In this document: positions 17,892-26,604 of the stretch, piece after piece | Position numbering within the stretch: the first letter of the stretch is position 1 | Layout: each line of letters opens with the position of its first letter | Assembly: GCA_014730275.1 (NCBI GenBank) | Contig: WJIL01000068.1 | Coordinates: 19,324 to 83,323 of the forward strand | Direction: 5' to 3' | Length of the DNA: 64,000 bases | Source of the DNA: Promethearchaeota archaeon | GTDB lineage: Archaea > Asgardarchaeota > Thorarchaeia > Thorarchaeales > Thorarchaeaceae | Notes under the pieces: generated by a model | Told to the model about the DNA's origin: nothing | Seen by the model: only the letters and a program-made list of their open reading frames with translations | Database searches by the model: none | Made by a program: the position numbers and the translations under genes

Positions 17892-18815
17892 GTGAGTCTG
17901 AAAGGTAGGCACTTCGTTGATCTCTACGATTGGCAGAGAGACGAATTAAGAAAGATACTAGACAAGAGCTATGAGCTTAAAGAGAAGCTCAAGAATGGAG
18001 AGCCCCACCGTGTGTTAGAGAACAAATCTCTAGCAATGATTTTCATGAAGTCAAGCACACGAACTAGAACTTCATTTGAAGTAGGTATGACCCAGCTTGG
18101 TGGCCACGCATTGTACCTAGGCAAGAGTGGAACACAGCTGGCACGTGGAGAAACAATCGGTGATACGGCAAAGGTCCTAAGCAGATACTGTGATGGGATC
18201 ATGGCACGTGTATATGCGCACAGTGACATTACTGGACTTGCTGAGCATGCCACCGTTCCCGTAATTAATGGTCTCACTGATTTCCTTCACCCATGTCAAA
18301 TAGCCGCAGATTTGTTCACAATAGAAGAGAACAAAGATGATCTGGAAGGGCTGAAAATTACGTATGTCGGTGATTCGAACAACGTCAGCAACTCCATCAT
18401 GCAAGGCGGCACCATCATGGGAATGGACGTCACAATTGGCTCTCCCAAGGGCCACACACCAGAAGAAGAAATAATGGGCAGAGCTGAGGAGCTCAGTGAG
18501 AAACATGGTACAGATCTTCAGATTGTCAATGATCCTGTCGAAGCAGTCAAGGACACGGATGTCATCTATACTGACACGTTCTTCAGTATGGGAGAAGAAA
18601 GAAGCAAGGAAGAGACTGACAGGCTGATGCCGTACCAAGTTAACAAGGAACTGGTGAGTCATGCTAAACCAGACGTGATAGTCATGCATTGCTTGCCAGC
18701 TCATCGCGAAGAAGAAATCACAAGCGAGGTAATGGACGGACCCCATTCAGTTGTTTTCGACCAAGCTGAGAACAGAATGCACGTTCAGAAAGCGATTCTT
18801 GCATTGTTGATGTAA
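17892..18815 (+). CDS. argF: ornithine carbamoyltransferase
   Basis: SSTRTRTSFE, HPCQ and HCLPAHREEE motifs. 307 aa. Confidence 0.85.
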   Translation: MSLKGRHFVDLYDWQRDELRKILDKSYELKEKLKNGEPHRVLENKSLAMIFMKSSTRTRTSFEVGMTQLGGHALYLGKSGTQLARGETIGDTAKVLSRYCDGIMARVYAHSDITGLAEHATVPVINGLTDFLHPCQIAADLFTIEENKDDLEGLKITYVGDSNNVSNSIMQGGTIMGMDVTIGSPKGHTPEEEIMGRAEELSEKHGTDLQIVNDPVEAVKDTDVIYTDTFFSMGEERSKEETDRLMPYQVNKELVSHAKPDVIVMHCLPAHREEEITSEVMDGPHSVVFDQAENRMHVQKAILALLM

Positions 18816-18827
18816 GAGGCTGATTGT

Positions 18828-19763
18828 TTGGGCGTAGAAGTTGTAGCATGCGGCAAAATCAATATCGACATCTTGATGGATGTTGATGAGATTCCGAAAG
18901 GATTTCAACACATCATGGCAAATTCCAGCAGTATATCTGTTGGGGGATCAGCTGCAAACTTCGCAGTGCATTCCGCACGTCTTGGAGTGAAAACCAAACT
19001 GGTTGCTTGCGTTGGAGATGACTTCTACGGCCGAGACGCAACCAAGAGAATCTCTGAGAAGGGGGTTGATACTAGCATGGTTCAAACCATAGCAGATCAA
19101 CCCACCGGCCTCTTTTTTCTTGTAAAAAAGGGCGAACAACCAAGCTTCATCATTGCTGAAACAGGAGCCAATGAGCAACTTGAAGAAGTCACCCTCCGAA
19201 GGAAGAAAGTTGCAACCGCAAGGACAATTCACATTGCCGGTGGTTTTCCAAAGACTATATCGGAGGCTGCAAGAATAACAACCTCAGAAGGAATTGTACT
19301 CTCCCTAGATCCAGGTCGTAAAGCTGAGAATGTTGACTTCTCGACTATTCTGCGCCATGTAGATCTTCTTTTCCTAAACGAGGAAGAACTTCGCAGTTAC
19401 TTCAGCATGGAACCGACAGAAAAAAATCTGAAGGAACTTGGTAAAAAGTTGCCGGGTATTGTTGTCGTCAAACGGGGAGGAAAAGGCACTATGGCAACAA
19501 ACGGATTCGAGTTCTATGAATCTAAAGCATTCGAAGTAGCAGTAGCAGATACCCTTGGTGCGGGTGATGCCTTTGCAGCAGGATTCATCACGGCATGGAC
19601 CAGATCTGAAGATATAGAGCTAGCATTGCATATGGGTAATGCAGTTGCTGCGTTAACAATTGGAGAGGTAGGAGCACAAAACGGACCAACTCTGAAACAA
19701 ACGCATGAGCTTCTCTCTCAATATGGAGTCAATACAGACCCTATTCTTAGAACGTTTAGGTAA
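18828..19763 (+). CDS. PfkB-family carbohydrate/nucleoside kinase
   Basis: 311 aa. C-terminal DTLGAGDAFAAGFI signature. Confidence 0.8.
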   Translation: MGVEVVACGKINIDILMDVDEIPKGFQHIMANSSSISVGGSAANFAVHSARLGVKTKLVACVGDDFYGRDATKRISEKGVDTSMVQTIADQPTGLFFLVKKGEQPSFIIAETGANEQLEEVTLRRKKVATARTIHIAGGFPKTISEAARITTSEGIVLSLDPGRKAENVDFSTILRHVDLLFLNEEELRSYFSMEPTEKNLKELGKKLPGIVVVKRGGKGTMATNGFEFYESKAFEVAVADTLGAGDAFAAGFITAWTRSEDIELALHMGNAVAALTIGEVGAQNGPTLKQTHELLSQYGVNTDPILRTFR

Positions 19764-19785
19764 CGCCTTGACGAAATTACCCGCA

Positions 19786-19818
19786 GGGGTATATTACCCC
19801 GAGAATATTCTGGTTTTT
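19786..19818 (+). terminator. hairpin plus T5 terminator candidate after the PfkB kinase gene
   Basis: GGGGT-atatt-ACCCC hairpin at 19786-19800, followed by TTTTT at 19814-19818. Confidence 0.35.
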
Positions 19819-19855
19819 GTTTCAATGTCATCTGGATAATCATAGTCCGAAATAG

Positions 19856-20998
19856 GTGACAGTGATGCATCCGCTTGTTGAAGGAGTTCTAAATGAAACG
19901 CCGAGTAGTGAAGACCCAAGAAGAGCGAGGGCAAAGAGGACACATACTCGATCTTCTACTAGTGATGATGAGCTTGCAGATTTACTTGAGACAGCCAGCG
20001 CAAGAATACTCGTAGTTGGTGTAGGAGGCGCAGGCAACAATGCAGTCACTAGATTGATGGAGGTAGGAGTAGAAGGGGCAGAAACTATGGCGGTCAATAC
20101 TGACGCCCAAGACCTCTACTTCTCTAATTCGCATCACAAGCTTCTCCTAGGTAAGGAAACATGTGGAGGACTAGGTGCAGGAAATGATCCCGATTTAGGT
20201 GAAGCTGCCGCTGTTGAAACGTATGATGTTATAGAAGAAGTTGTTGGCGGAGATCTCGTTTTCATCACAGCGGGAATGGGCGGAGGAACGGGAACGGGCG
20301 CGGCCCCCCATATTGCAAAGGCAGCAAAGGAAAACGGTGCACTAACTGTCGCCATTGTATGTCTTCCCTTTGAAGTGGAAGGACGAACTCGGAAGAAGAA
20401 TGCTCAGCGCGGACTTAATGGATTGATGGAACATGTCGATACCCTGATAGCGATACCAAACGAGAAGCTATTGGAAATCGCACCGGATTTGTCATTGCCT
20501 GAAGCATTCATGGTCGCTGACGAGATACTTGTTAGGGCGGTAAAAGGAATAGCTGAACTGATATCTCGACCGGGACTTGTCAACCTTGATTTCGCGGATG
20601 TTCGTACAACTATGAAGAATGGAGGGGTCTCTATTATCGCTTTAGGAGAGGGGGAAGGAGAGGACAGAGCTGAAGAAGCAGTCTTCAATGCCCTGCGCAA
20701 CCCCTTGATTGATGTATCAATAGAAAATGCCAGGAATATACTCATCAATGTAAGTGGTAGCACCGACCTCCAGCTACAAGAAGCGAAACATGTTGTGGAA
20801 CTGATTACAGAGCAGGTCAATCCAGACGCTGAGGTTATCTATGGAGCGCTTATTCAACCCGAGTTGGAGAACAAACTCCGAGTCACGGTAATAGCTTCGG
20901 GGGTTAAATCACCCTGGATTATCAATTCACGCTCTGAACCGGTAACACCGCTTGCTGAAGATCTGAAGGACGAGCTCGACCTTCCCAAAGTCGAGTGA
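19856..20998 (+). CDS. ftsZ: cell division GTPase FtsZ
   Basis: VVGVGGAGNNAV, NTDAQ and the GGGTGTGAAP tubulin signature. The exact start is ambiguous (GTG 19856 or ATG 19865). Confidence 0.95.
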   Translation: MTVMHPLVEGVLNETPSSEDPRRARAKRTHTRSSTSDDELADLLETASARILVVGVGGAGNNAVTRLMEVGVEGAETMAVNTDAQDLYFSNSHHKLLLGKETCGGLGAGNDPDLGEAAAVETYDVIEEVVGGDLVFITAGMGGGTGTGAAPHIAKAAKENGALTVAIVCLPFEVEGRTRKKNAQRGLNGLMEHVDTLIAIPNEKLLEIAPDLSLPEAFMVADEILVRAVKGIAELISRPGLVNLDFADVRTTMKNGGVSIIALGEGEGEDRAEEAVFNALRNPLIDVSIENARNILINVSGSTDLQLQEAKHVVELITEQVNPDAEVIYGALIQPELENKLRVTVIASGVKSPWIINSRSEPVTPLAEDLKDELDLPKVE

Positions 20999-21095
20999 AT
21001 CATAGACCGTTGCTCAGAAAGCATTAAAAGAGAACCTTGAGTGGCAACGATGGATGTCACCGACCGAGAAGCATTTGCTAACAACGACGTGAATT

Positions 21096-21284
21096 ATGAT
21101 GGGTATAGCAGATTTCATTCGTGAAGCGAGACGGATCCTGAAGCTAGCTACAAAACCATCCAAAGATGAGATTTGGTTGAGTGCAAGAATCAGTCTCCTA
21201 GCCATGGTTCTTGTGGGCATATTAGCATTCATAATCCAAACTCTGATGGCAATCATAACTCAAAACTGGCAACAATCTGGCTAA
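21096..21284 (+). CDS. secE: protein translocase subunit SecE / Sec61-gamma
   Basis: 62 aa. FIREARRILKLATKPSKDEIW followed by a single TM helix. Confidence 0.85.
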   Translation: MMGIADFIREARRILKLATKPSKDEIWLSARISLLAMVLVGILAFIIQTLMAIITQNWQQSG

Positions 21285-21314
21285 TCGGTATCACGTCATA
21301 TATCTCTGGAGGTC

Positions 21315-21959
21315 TTGTATATGCAATCCACGGGCAACATTTATGCAGTACGAACTACAATTGGACAGGAAAAGAGCGTTGGAGATTTAATTAGAACAGC
21401 CGTGACCAGTGCAAATGATATCTGGGTATGTCCATTTTGTGAAAAGGAGTTTGACTTCAAGGATGATGCTCAGGAGCATATAAAGGAATGCCAGATGGCC
21501 GAAGGGGAAGATTCTCCTGAACGTGTATCGGAAAACAAGCTATTAGGACGGGTTAAAGCAGTTCTTGTGCCCGGTACTCTGAGAGGGTATATATTCCTTG
21601 AAACCATGGAATTTAGAGATGTGGAATTGGCAATCCAAGGAATTCCCCATGTACGAGGGCGTGTTGGGGGAAAGGTGACACTTGAAGAAATTGACAAGTT
21701 TCTTGTACCTCCACCCGCCGCTGAGGGTATTTCAGTTGGCGATCTCGTTGAGATTATTTCTGGAGCATTCAAGGGTGAACGGGCTAAGGTAGTCAGAGTC
21801 GAATCAGCAAAAGGAGAATTGATCTTAGAACTGCTTGACAGTCCTCATACGATTCCAATAAGAGTACATGCAGATTTTGCCAAGCTTGTTGAAAAAGCTG
21901 AACCAGAAGAGGATGAAGAAGAGGAAGGAGAGGAAGAAAGCGGGTTCTGGGCGAAGTAG
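21315..21959 (+). CDS. spt5: transcription elongation factor Spt5 (NusG family) with NGN-domain insertion and acidic C-terminal tail
   Basis: IYAVRTTIGQEKSV (NGN start). KOW motif GDLVEIISGAFKGERAKVVRV. A ~40-aa insert contains CPFC-x12-H-x3-C. Confidence 0.9.
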   Translation: MYMQSTGNIYAVRTTIGQEKSVGDLIRTAVTSANDIWVCPFCEKEFDFKDDAQEHIKECQMAEGEDSPERVSENKLLGRVKAVLVPGTLRGYIFLETMEFRDVELAIQGIPHVRGRVGGKVTLEEIDKFLVPPPAAEGISVGDLVEIISGAFKGERAKVVRVESAKGELILELLDSPHTIPIRVHADFAKLVEKAEPEEDEEEEGEEESGFWAK

Positions 21960-22193
21960 ATTGAAGCAAGTATACAACAACTAGTCCACAACGCTTAAAA
22001 ACTGAATTCAAGGCAACCTCCTTGTAACTCCTTAATCTGACATGAACGCATAGACGTCATGTCTGGGGTGATGAAAAGTGACAACCGATGCAGTAGACTT
22101 TGCCAAATGTGAATCTAATTTTCAATGGCAGGTCGAGCGATTTCTCAGACAGCTATGTCTGATGTTACAACTGCATAAGGAGTCTTGTTTGAA

Positions 22194-22700
22194 ATGAGTG
22201 AAGCGAACAAAATAACTGTAGATGCCATGGTGGAAGGCGGAAAAGCCTCTGGTGGGCCTCCAATAGGTCCTGCTCTAGGTCCAACGGGTGTCAATATCTA
22301 CCAAGTAGTACAGAAGATTAACGAAGTGACCCAACCGTACGAAGGACTGAAGGTACCTGTTACCATCATTGTGGATCCATCTTCCAAGGAATTTGAAGTC
22401 GATGTAGGAACCCCTCCAACAAGTGCGCTCATACTCAAAGAAGTAGGAGCGCCACAAGGTTCTGGCGAACCAAACCTGTCTAAAGTTGGAGACATAAGTA
22501 TTGAACAGCTGAAGAAAGTTGCAAAGGGTAAAGCAAACGACTTGACTGCCCTAGATATGAAAGCTGCTGTTCTAACTGTAGCCGGTACTTGTGTATCGAT
22601 GGGTGTTACGATTGAGGGAAAAGAGCCCAAGGTGTTCCAGAAAGAAGTAGCCAACGGTGAGTGGGATGATGAGCTTGATGAGCCGTTCAGGGAGGGATAA
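22194..22700 (+). CDS. rpl11: 50S ribosomal protein uL11
   Basis: VEGGKASGGPPIGPALGPTGVNI motif. ATG at 22194 preferred over the TTG at 22185. Confidence 0.9.
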   Translation: MSEANKITVDAMVEGGKASGGPPIGPALGPTGVNIYQVVQKINEVTQPYEGLKVPVTIIVDPSSKEFEVDVGTPPTSALILKEVGAPQGSGEPNLSKVGDISIEQLKKVAKGKANDLTALDMKAAVLTVAGTCVSMGVTIEGKEPKVFQKEVANGEWDDELDEPFREG

Positions 22701-22703
22701 AGG

Positions 22704-23360
22704 GTGGCTTACGAATTCCCGGACATAAAAGAGGCAGTATCCGAGGCCAGAAAGAAAGGAGTGGCCCGAGATATCAATTTCGAACAGAGCTTCGATACCG
22801 CTGTTAACTTCCGGACAAAAGAAATTGACATGTCAGATCCGGAAAACCGATTTAACGAAGAGCTGATTCTACCGAATGATTTGTATCCACCATCCAAAGT
22901 AGCTGCTTTTGGGGATGGAGAATTCGCTGAAAATGCAAAGGCTGCAGGCGTATCTAGAGTCATCTCCAAAGACGAGATAGCAGAAATAGGGGAGGACAAA
23001 AGCAAGCAGAAAGCAGTGGTGAAAGAATTTGATTTCTTTATTGCTGCCCGAGACGCCATGCCCCTTGTTGGAAGATATTTGGGACAGCTACTAGGTCCAC
23101 GTGGGAAGATGCCCAAGCCGTACCCACCTGAAGCTGATCTTGGTGGTGTTGTCGAACAGTATCAAAGAACCGTAAGAATCAGAATGAGAAATACCCCAAC
23201 CTTCCATGTCAAGGTCGGCCATGAGCGAATGGGTGACGAGCAGATTGCCGAAAACACGGATGCCGTAATCGATTTCGTGAGAGACAAGGGGTTGGCACGG
23301 AGAATAGATAGCGTTTATGTGAAAACAACAATGGGCCCAGCAATTGAGGTACCACGGTAA
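22704..23360 (+). CDS. rpl1: 50S ribosomal protein uL1
   Basis: 218 aa with GTG start. FDFFIAARDAMPLVGRYLGQLLGPRGKMP. Operon position is L11-L1-P0-P1. Confidence 0.9.
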   Translation: MAYEFPDIKEAVSEARKKGVARDINFEQSFDTAVNFRTKEIDMSDPENRFNEELILPNDLYPPSKVAAFGDGEFAENAKAAGVSRVISKDEIAEIGEDKSKQKAVVKEFDFFIAARDAMPLVGRYLGQLLGPRGKMPKPYPPEADLGGVVEQYQRTVRIRMRNTPTFHVKVGHERMGDEQIAENTDAVIDFVRDKGLARRIDSVYVKTTMGPAIEVPR

Positions 23361-23372
23361 GAGGTGAGATGA

Positions 23373-24389
23373 GTGACTGTATATGAACACGATGTTCCAC
23401 AATGGAAGAAAGACACCGTAAAGAAGCTAAGTGACATGATCGAAGACAGTGAGATGGTTGGTCTTGTAAATGTTGAAGGCGTTGGTGCCAAACAAATGCA
23501 TGGTATTCGAGAGAGCCTCAGAGGCTCAGCGGTTATCAAAATGGCACGAAATACCCTCATGAAAAGGGCCATCGACAAGGTGGATAAAGAGGGTATCCAG
23601 AAACTGGAGAATCATGTAAAAGGACCAGTCGCTTTCGTCTTTAGTGACCAAAACCCGTTCAATCTTAGTCAGTTCCTAAGAGAGAACAAAGCTGCAGCAC
23701 CGGCAAAGGGTGGGCAGGTTACACCAAAAGATATCATTGTACCATCAATGAATACAGGTGTTGCACCAGGCCCCTTCATCAGTGAGTTAGCAGCCCTTGA
23801 TATTCCCTCACGTGTGAAAGGCGGTGTTATTCATATCACCGAAGAAACCGTTGCAGTTGAGGCAGGTGAAATTGTCTCCAATGCCATGGCACAGATGCTT
23901 GGAAGACTGGGCATAGAACCCATGGAACTTCAGCTGAAACTCATTGCTGCATATGCTGACGGCACGCTTCTGACAGAGAACGTACTTGAAACTGATCTTC
24001 AGGATATATTCAAGGAAGTCATTATTGGTCACCAATTCGCAGTTAATCTGTCAATTAATGCAGGTTATCCAACGGCTGATACCATTCCGATGGTTATAGC
24101 CAAGGCGGATAGAGAAGCCAAGAGCCTAGCTCTGAGCACCGGTTTCGTGGTGCCAGATATGATAGGCGAGTTCCTTGCGAAAGCCAATGCAGAATCACTA
24201 GCACTAGCAAAGCAATTAGCTAACGAGAACCCAGACGCAATACCCTCAGAAATCATTGATGAGATCAGTTCTGTCCCAGCTGCATCTCCAGCACAGCAAC
24301 CTCAGGAAGAAGAGGTTGCTGAGAGCGAAGACGAAGAGGAGGACGAAGAAGTAGAGGCAACCGAAGGCCTAGGATCAATGTTCGGATGA
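23373..24389 (+). CDS. rpl10: 50S ribosomal stalk protein uL10 (P0)
   Basis: 338 aa. Acidic C-terminus ending [11 protein letters not shown]. Confidence 0.9.
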   Translation: MTVYEHDVPQWKKDTVKKLSDMIEDSEMVGLVNVEGVGAKQMHGIRESLRGSAVIKMARNTLMKRAIDKVDKEGIQKLENHVKGPVAFVFSDQNPFNLSQFLRENKAAAPAKGGQVTPKDIIVPSMNTGVAPGPFISELAALDIPSRVKGGVIHITEETVAVEAGEIVSNAMAQMLGRLGIEPMELQLKLIAAYADGTLLTENVLETDLQDIFKEVIIGHQFAVNLSINAGYPTADTIPMVIAKADREAKSLALSTGFVVPDMIGEFLAKANAESLALAKQLANENPDAIPSEIIDEISSVPAASPAQQPQEEEVAESEDEEEDEEVEATEGLGSMFG

Positions 24390-24416
24390 TAGCATAACTT
24401 AGAGAGGTATCAAGAG

Positions 24417-24722
24417 ATGGAATATGTATACGCAGCATTACTGCTTCACAAAGCAGGCAAGAAGATAGATTCAGAAAACATGGAGGCCGTCCTTAGTGCG
24501 GCTGACGTAGAAGCTGACCAGGGTAGAATTAAAGCCCTGATTGCAGCTCTCGAGGGTGTCGATATTGAAGATGCACTGAAGAGTGCGGCAATGCCAGCTG
24601 CACCTGCTGCAGGTGCTGGCGAAGCCCCAACTGAAGAGCCTGCTGAAGAAGAGGAAGAAGAGGAAGAGGAAGAAGAAGACGAAGATGAAGCTACTGAAGG
24701 ATTGGGCAGCCTATTTGGCTAG
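24417..24722 (+). CDS. rpl12: 50S ribosomal stalk protein P1 (aP1/L12e)
   Basis: 101 aa. [11 protein letters not shown]... with acidic tail ending [11 protein letters not shown]. Confidence 0.9.
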   Translation: MEYVYAALLLHKAGKKIDSENMEAVLSAADVEADQGRIKALIAALEGVDIEDALKSAAMPAAPAAGAGEAPTEEPAEEEEEEEEEEEDEDEATEGLGSLFG

Positions 24723-24759
24723 AACAGTTCTAAAAGCTCATCTACTTCCCAATTTCAAT

Positions 24760-24802
24760 GGGCAGAGGCCGCAAGCTTTCTGCCCAACACCCTAATTTTT
24801 TT
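24760..24802 (+). terminator. hairpin plus T7 terminator candidate ending the L11-L1-P0-P1 operon
   Basis: GGGCAGA-N12-TCTGCCC at 24760-24785, followed by TTTTTTT at 24796-24802. Confidence 0.45.
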
Positions 24803-24882
24803 CCAGAGCAATTTTCAAGTACGCTAAAGTAGAATAGAGGTACGCTATATGATTCTCAAAAGACAATAATGGTGAACTGAAA

Positions 24883-25665
24883 TTGCAGATTGTATATCAT
24901 CCTGATATGGCGAAAACCTACGATAGAACACCGGCAGGGGCGCCCGGAAGATTAGATACGGCAGTGCAGGTTCTTAGCAAAAGCGAGGATTATGAATTCG
25001 TGGAACCCAAGCCTGCAACGAAGAAACAAATACGGTATGCACATGATCCAACTCATGTCGAGAATGTAGCAAAGGAAGGCTATGGGGGTTCCAATGGGGT
25101 GGTGTATCGACTCGCGGCACTGGCCGCGGGAGGTGCAATCAAAGCCGGACACATCGCAGCAGAAGGTGATCCCTCATTTGCTCTTGTCAGGCCACCTGGC
25201 CATCATGCTTCACGACGGGGATATTGGGGCTTCTGCTACTTCAATAATGTAGCAATATCATTGTTGGATTTGAGGGCAGAAGGAATCATAGACTCAGCGT
25301 TCATTCTTGACTTCGATCTCCACACGGGAGATGGCACCATCAATATTCTTGGAAATGATGATGCTTTTGTGATAGTCAATCCTAGTAGCAAAGGAAATGA
25401 GGCTTATCTTCAGGAGGTGAAAGAGACACTCTCAAGCAGTCCCTCCGTTGATATCATCGTTGCATCTGCAGGTTTCGACCAGTACGAAGGTGATTGGGGA
25501 GGGAATCTCTCAACCGATGCCTTTCACAAACTCGGACATCTCATGAGCGAGTTCGCACAGGAAGAATGCAACGGACGTCGATACGGAGTACTTGAAGGCG
25601 GTTACAACCATGAAGACCTAGGACGAAATGTTGACGCCTTCTGTAGCGGATTAATGACGAACTAG
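24883..25665 (+). CDS. histone deacetylase-family (arginase-fold) deacylase, compact form
   Basis: RPPGHHA, DFDLHTGDGT and EGGYN catalytic/metal motifs. Only 260 aa. Confidence 0.75.
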   Translation: MQIVYHPDMAKTYDRTPAGAPGRLDTAVQVLSKSEDYEFVEPKPATKKQIRYAHDPTHVENVAKEGYGGSNGVVYRLAALAAGGAIKAGHIAAEGDPSFALVRPPGHHASRRGYWGFCYFNNVAISLLDLRAEGIIDSAFILDFDLHTGDGTINILGNDDAFVIVNPSSKGNEAYLQEVKETLSSSPSVDIIVASAGFDQYEGDWGGNLSTDAFHKLGHLMSEFAQEECNGRRYGVLEGGYNHEDLGRNVDAFCSGLMTN

Positions 25666-25757
25666 ACATTCTAAGAATCTCGCCCCCTCGTTTGTTTGTT
25701 ACAAAAGCAGTATCCTTAAACCCAGAGGATTTACGTTGCGAGCTAGGGATTTGTACG

Positions 25758-25952
25758 ATGAGTAACTTGTCCAAGAGAAAAGGAATGTATGTGGGTCTAG
25801 GGATTATACTTGGTGCAGCTGCAGGAGTTTTACTGTTTATTCTAGCAAATCAAGCATGGTACATTGGAGCCGGGGTAGGAATAGGGTTGGTTCTTGGGGC
25901 AATCTTAGAGGGACTTCAGAGCGAAGAATCAGAATCAGCCGAAGTCGAATAG
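25758..25952 (+). CDS. small 2-TM glycine-zipper membrane protein
   Basis: ATG at 25758. GLGIILGAAAGVLLF...GAGVGIGLVLGAIL, then an acidic tail. Confidence 0.4.
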   Translation: MSNLSKRKGMYVGLGIILGAAAGVLLFILANQAWYIGAGVGIGLVLGAILEGLQSEESESAEVE

Positions 25953-26056
25953 ATATCTGCTCTATGTCCAAGAAGCTCAAGCACCTTATACAGTTTCTAC
26001 AAACGAATTTCACGACCTTAAATCTTCAATCACGGTATCAAATCCTGTGAGATACG

Positions 26057-26302
26057 ATGTATTTCCCATTACTGAGCCCGCTTACAAACTTCGCTGAGAT
26101 GATTACGATGTATTTCGCTGAGATTTGGGACTTTCTTATCTTCATTGGATACTCATCTGCAGTCATAGTCGTTCTAACAGGCGCAATCCTGTGGTTTACC
26201 GAAGCGAACCCAAAGAGGGGGAAAGGTCTCGTCTTTGGAGGTATTGTGCTTGCCATCGTTGTGCAGTATTTCGTTACGTATCCGCCTTCTTTTGTCGCAT
26301 AG
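26057..26302 (+). CDS. small membrane protein (2 TM)
   Basis: 81-aa ORF with two hydrophobic helices. No family recognised. Confidence 0.35.
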   Translation: MYFPLLSPLTNFAEMITMYFAEIWDFLIFIGYSSAVIVVLTGAILWFTEANPKRGKGLVFGGIVLAIVVQYFVTYPPSFVA

Positions 26303-26424
26303 TGATTAGCCCATTCCCAAGCCCATGAGAGGTACCTGCACACGCATTTGAAATCATAGTATAGTAAGAATTCATTACTAGGCGGAAAGCTTTATGACGA
26401 TATAGAGTTCAGTTGGATTTGAAT

Positions 26425-26556
26425 GGGCCGGTTGCCTAGCCCGGATAGGGCACCAGCCTTCTATAGGTCGTCATCTGGCCTGAAGAAAGTTGGACTTCGA
26501 GGGTTCTTGGCCTTTGATTTCCAAAGGCCAGCCCAAAAGTCCCTCCCGGCCCGCCA
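26425..26556 (+). tRNA. tRNA-Arg(UCU) with two predicted introns: 37/38 (about 26464-26487) and T-loop (about 26507-26536). CCA encoded.
   Basis: Hand fold:
- Acceptor GGGCCGG/CCGGCCC.
- D-stem GCCT/GGGC.
- Anticodon stem CCAGC/GTTGG (one G-U), loop CTTCTA^A.
- T-stem GAGGG/CCCTC, loop TTC^AAGT.
- The T-loop insert contains an 8-bp hairpin GGCCTTTG/CAAAGGCC. Confidence 0.7.
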
Positions 26557-26604
26557 CTTCAACCATAGTTCATTCTGAGAATCAGCTACCGAAGCCTGAG
26601 ACCT

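Noticed and set aside
22066-22180. Possible C/D-box sRNA (GTGATGA at ~22067 and CTGATG at ~22163)
   Set aside because: The spacing (~95 nt) and the lack of internal D'/C' boxes at 12-nt guide distances do not fit archaeal C/D sRNAs.
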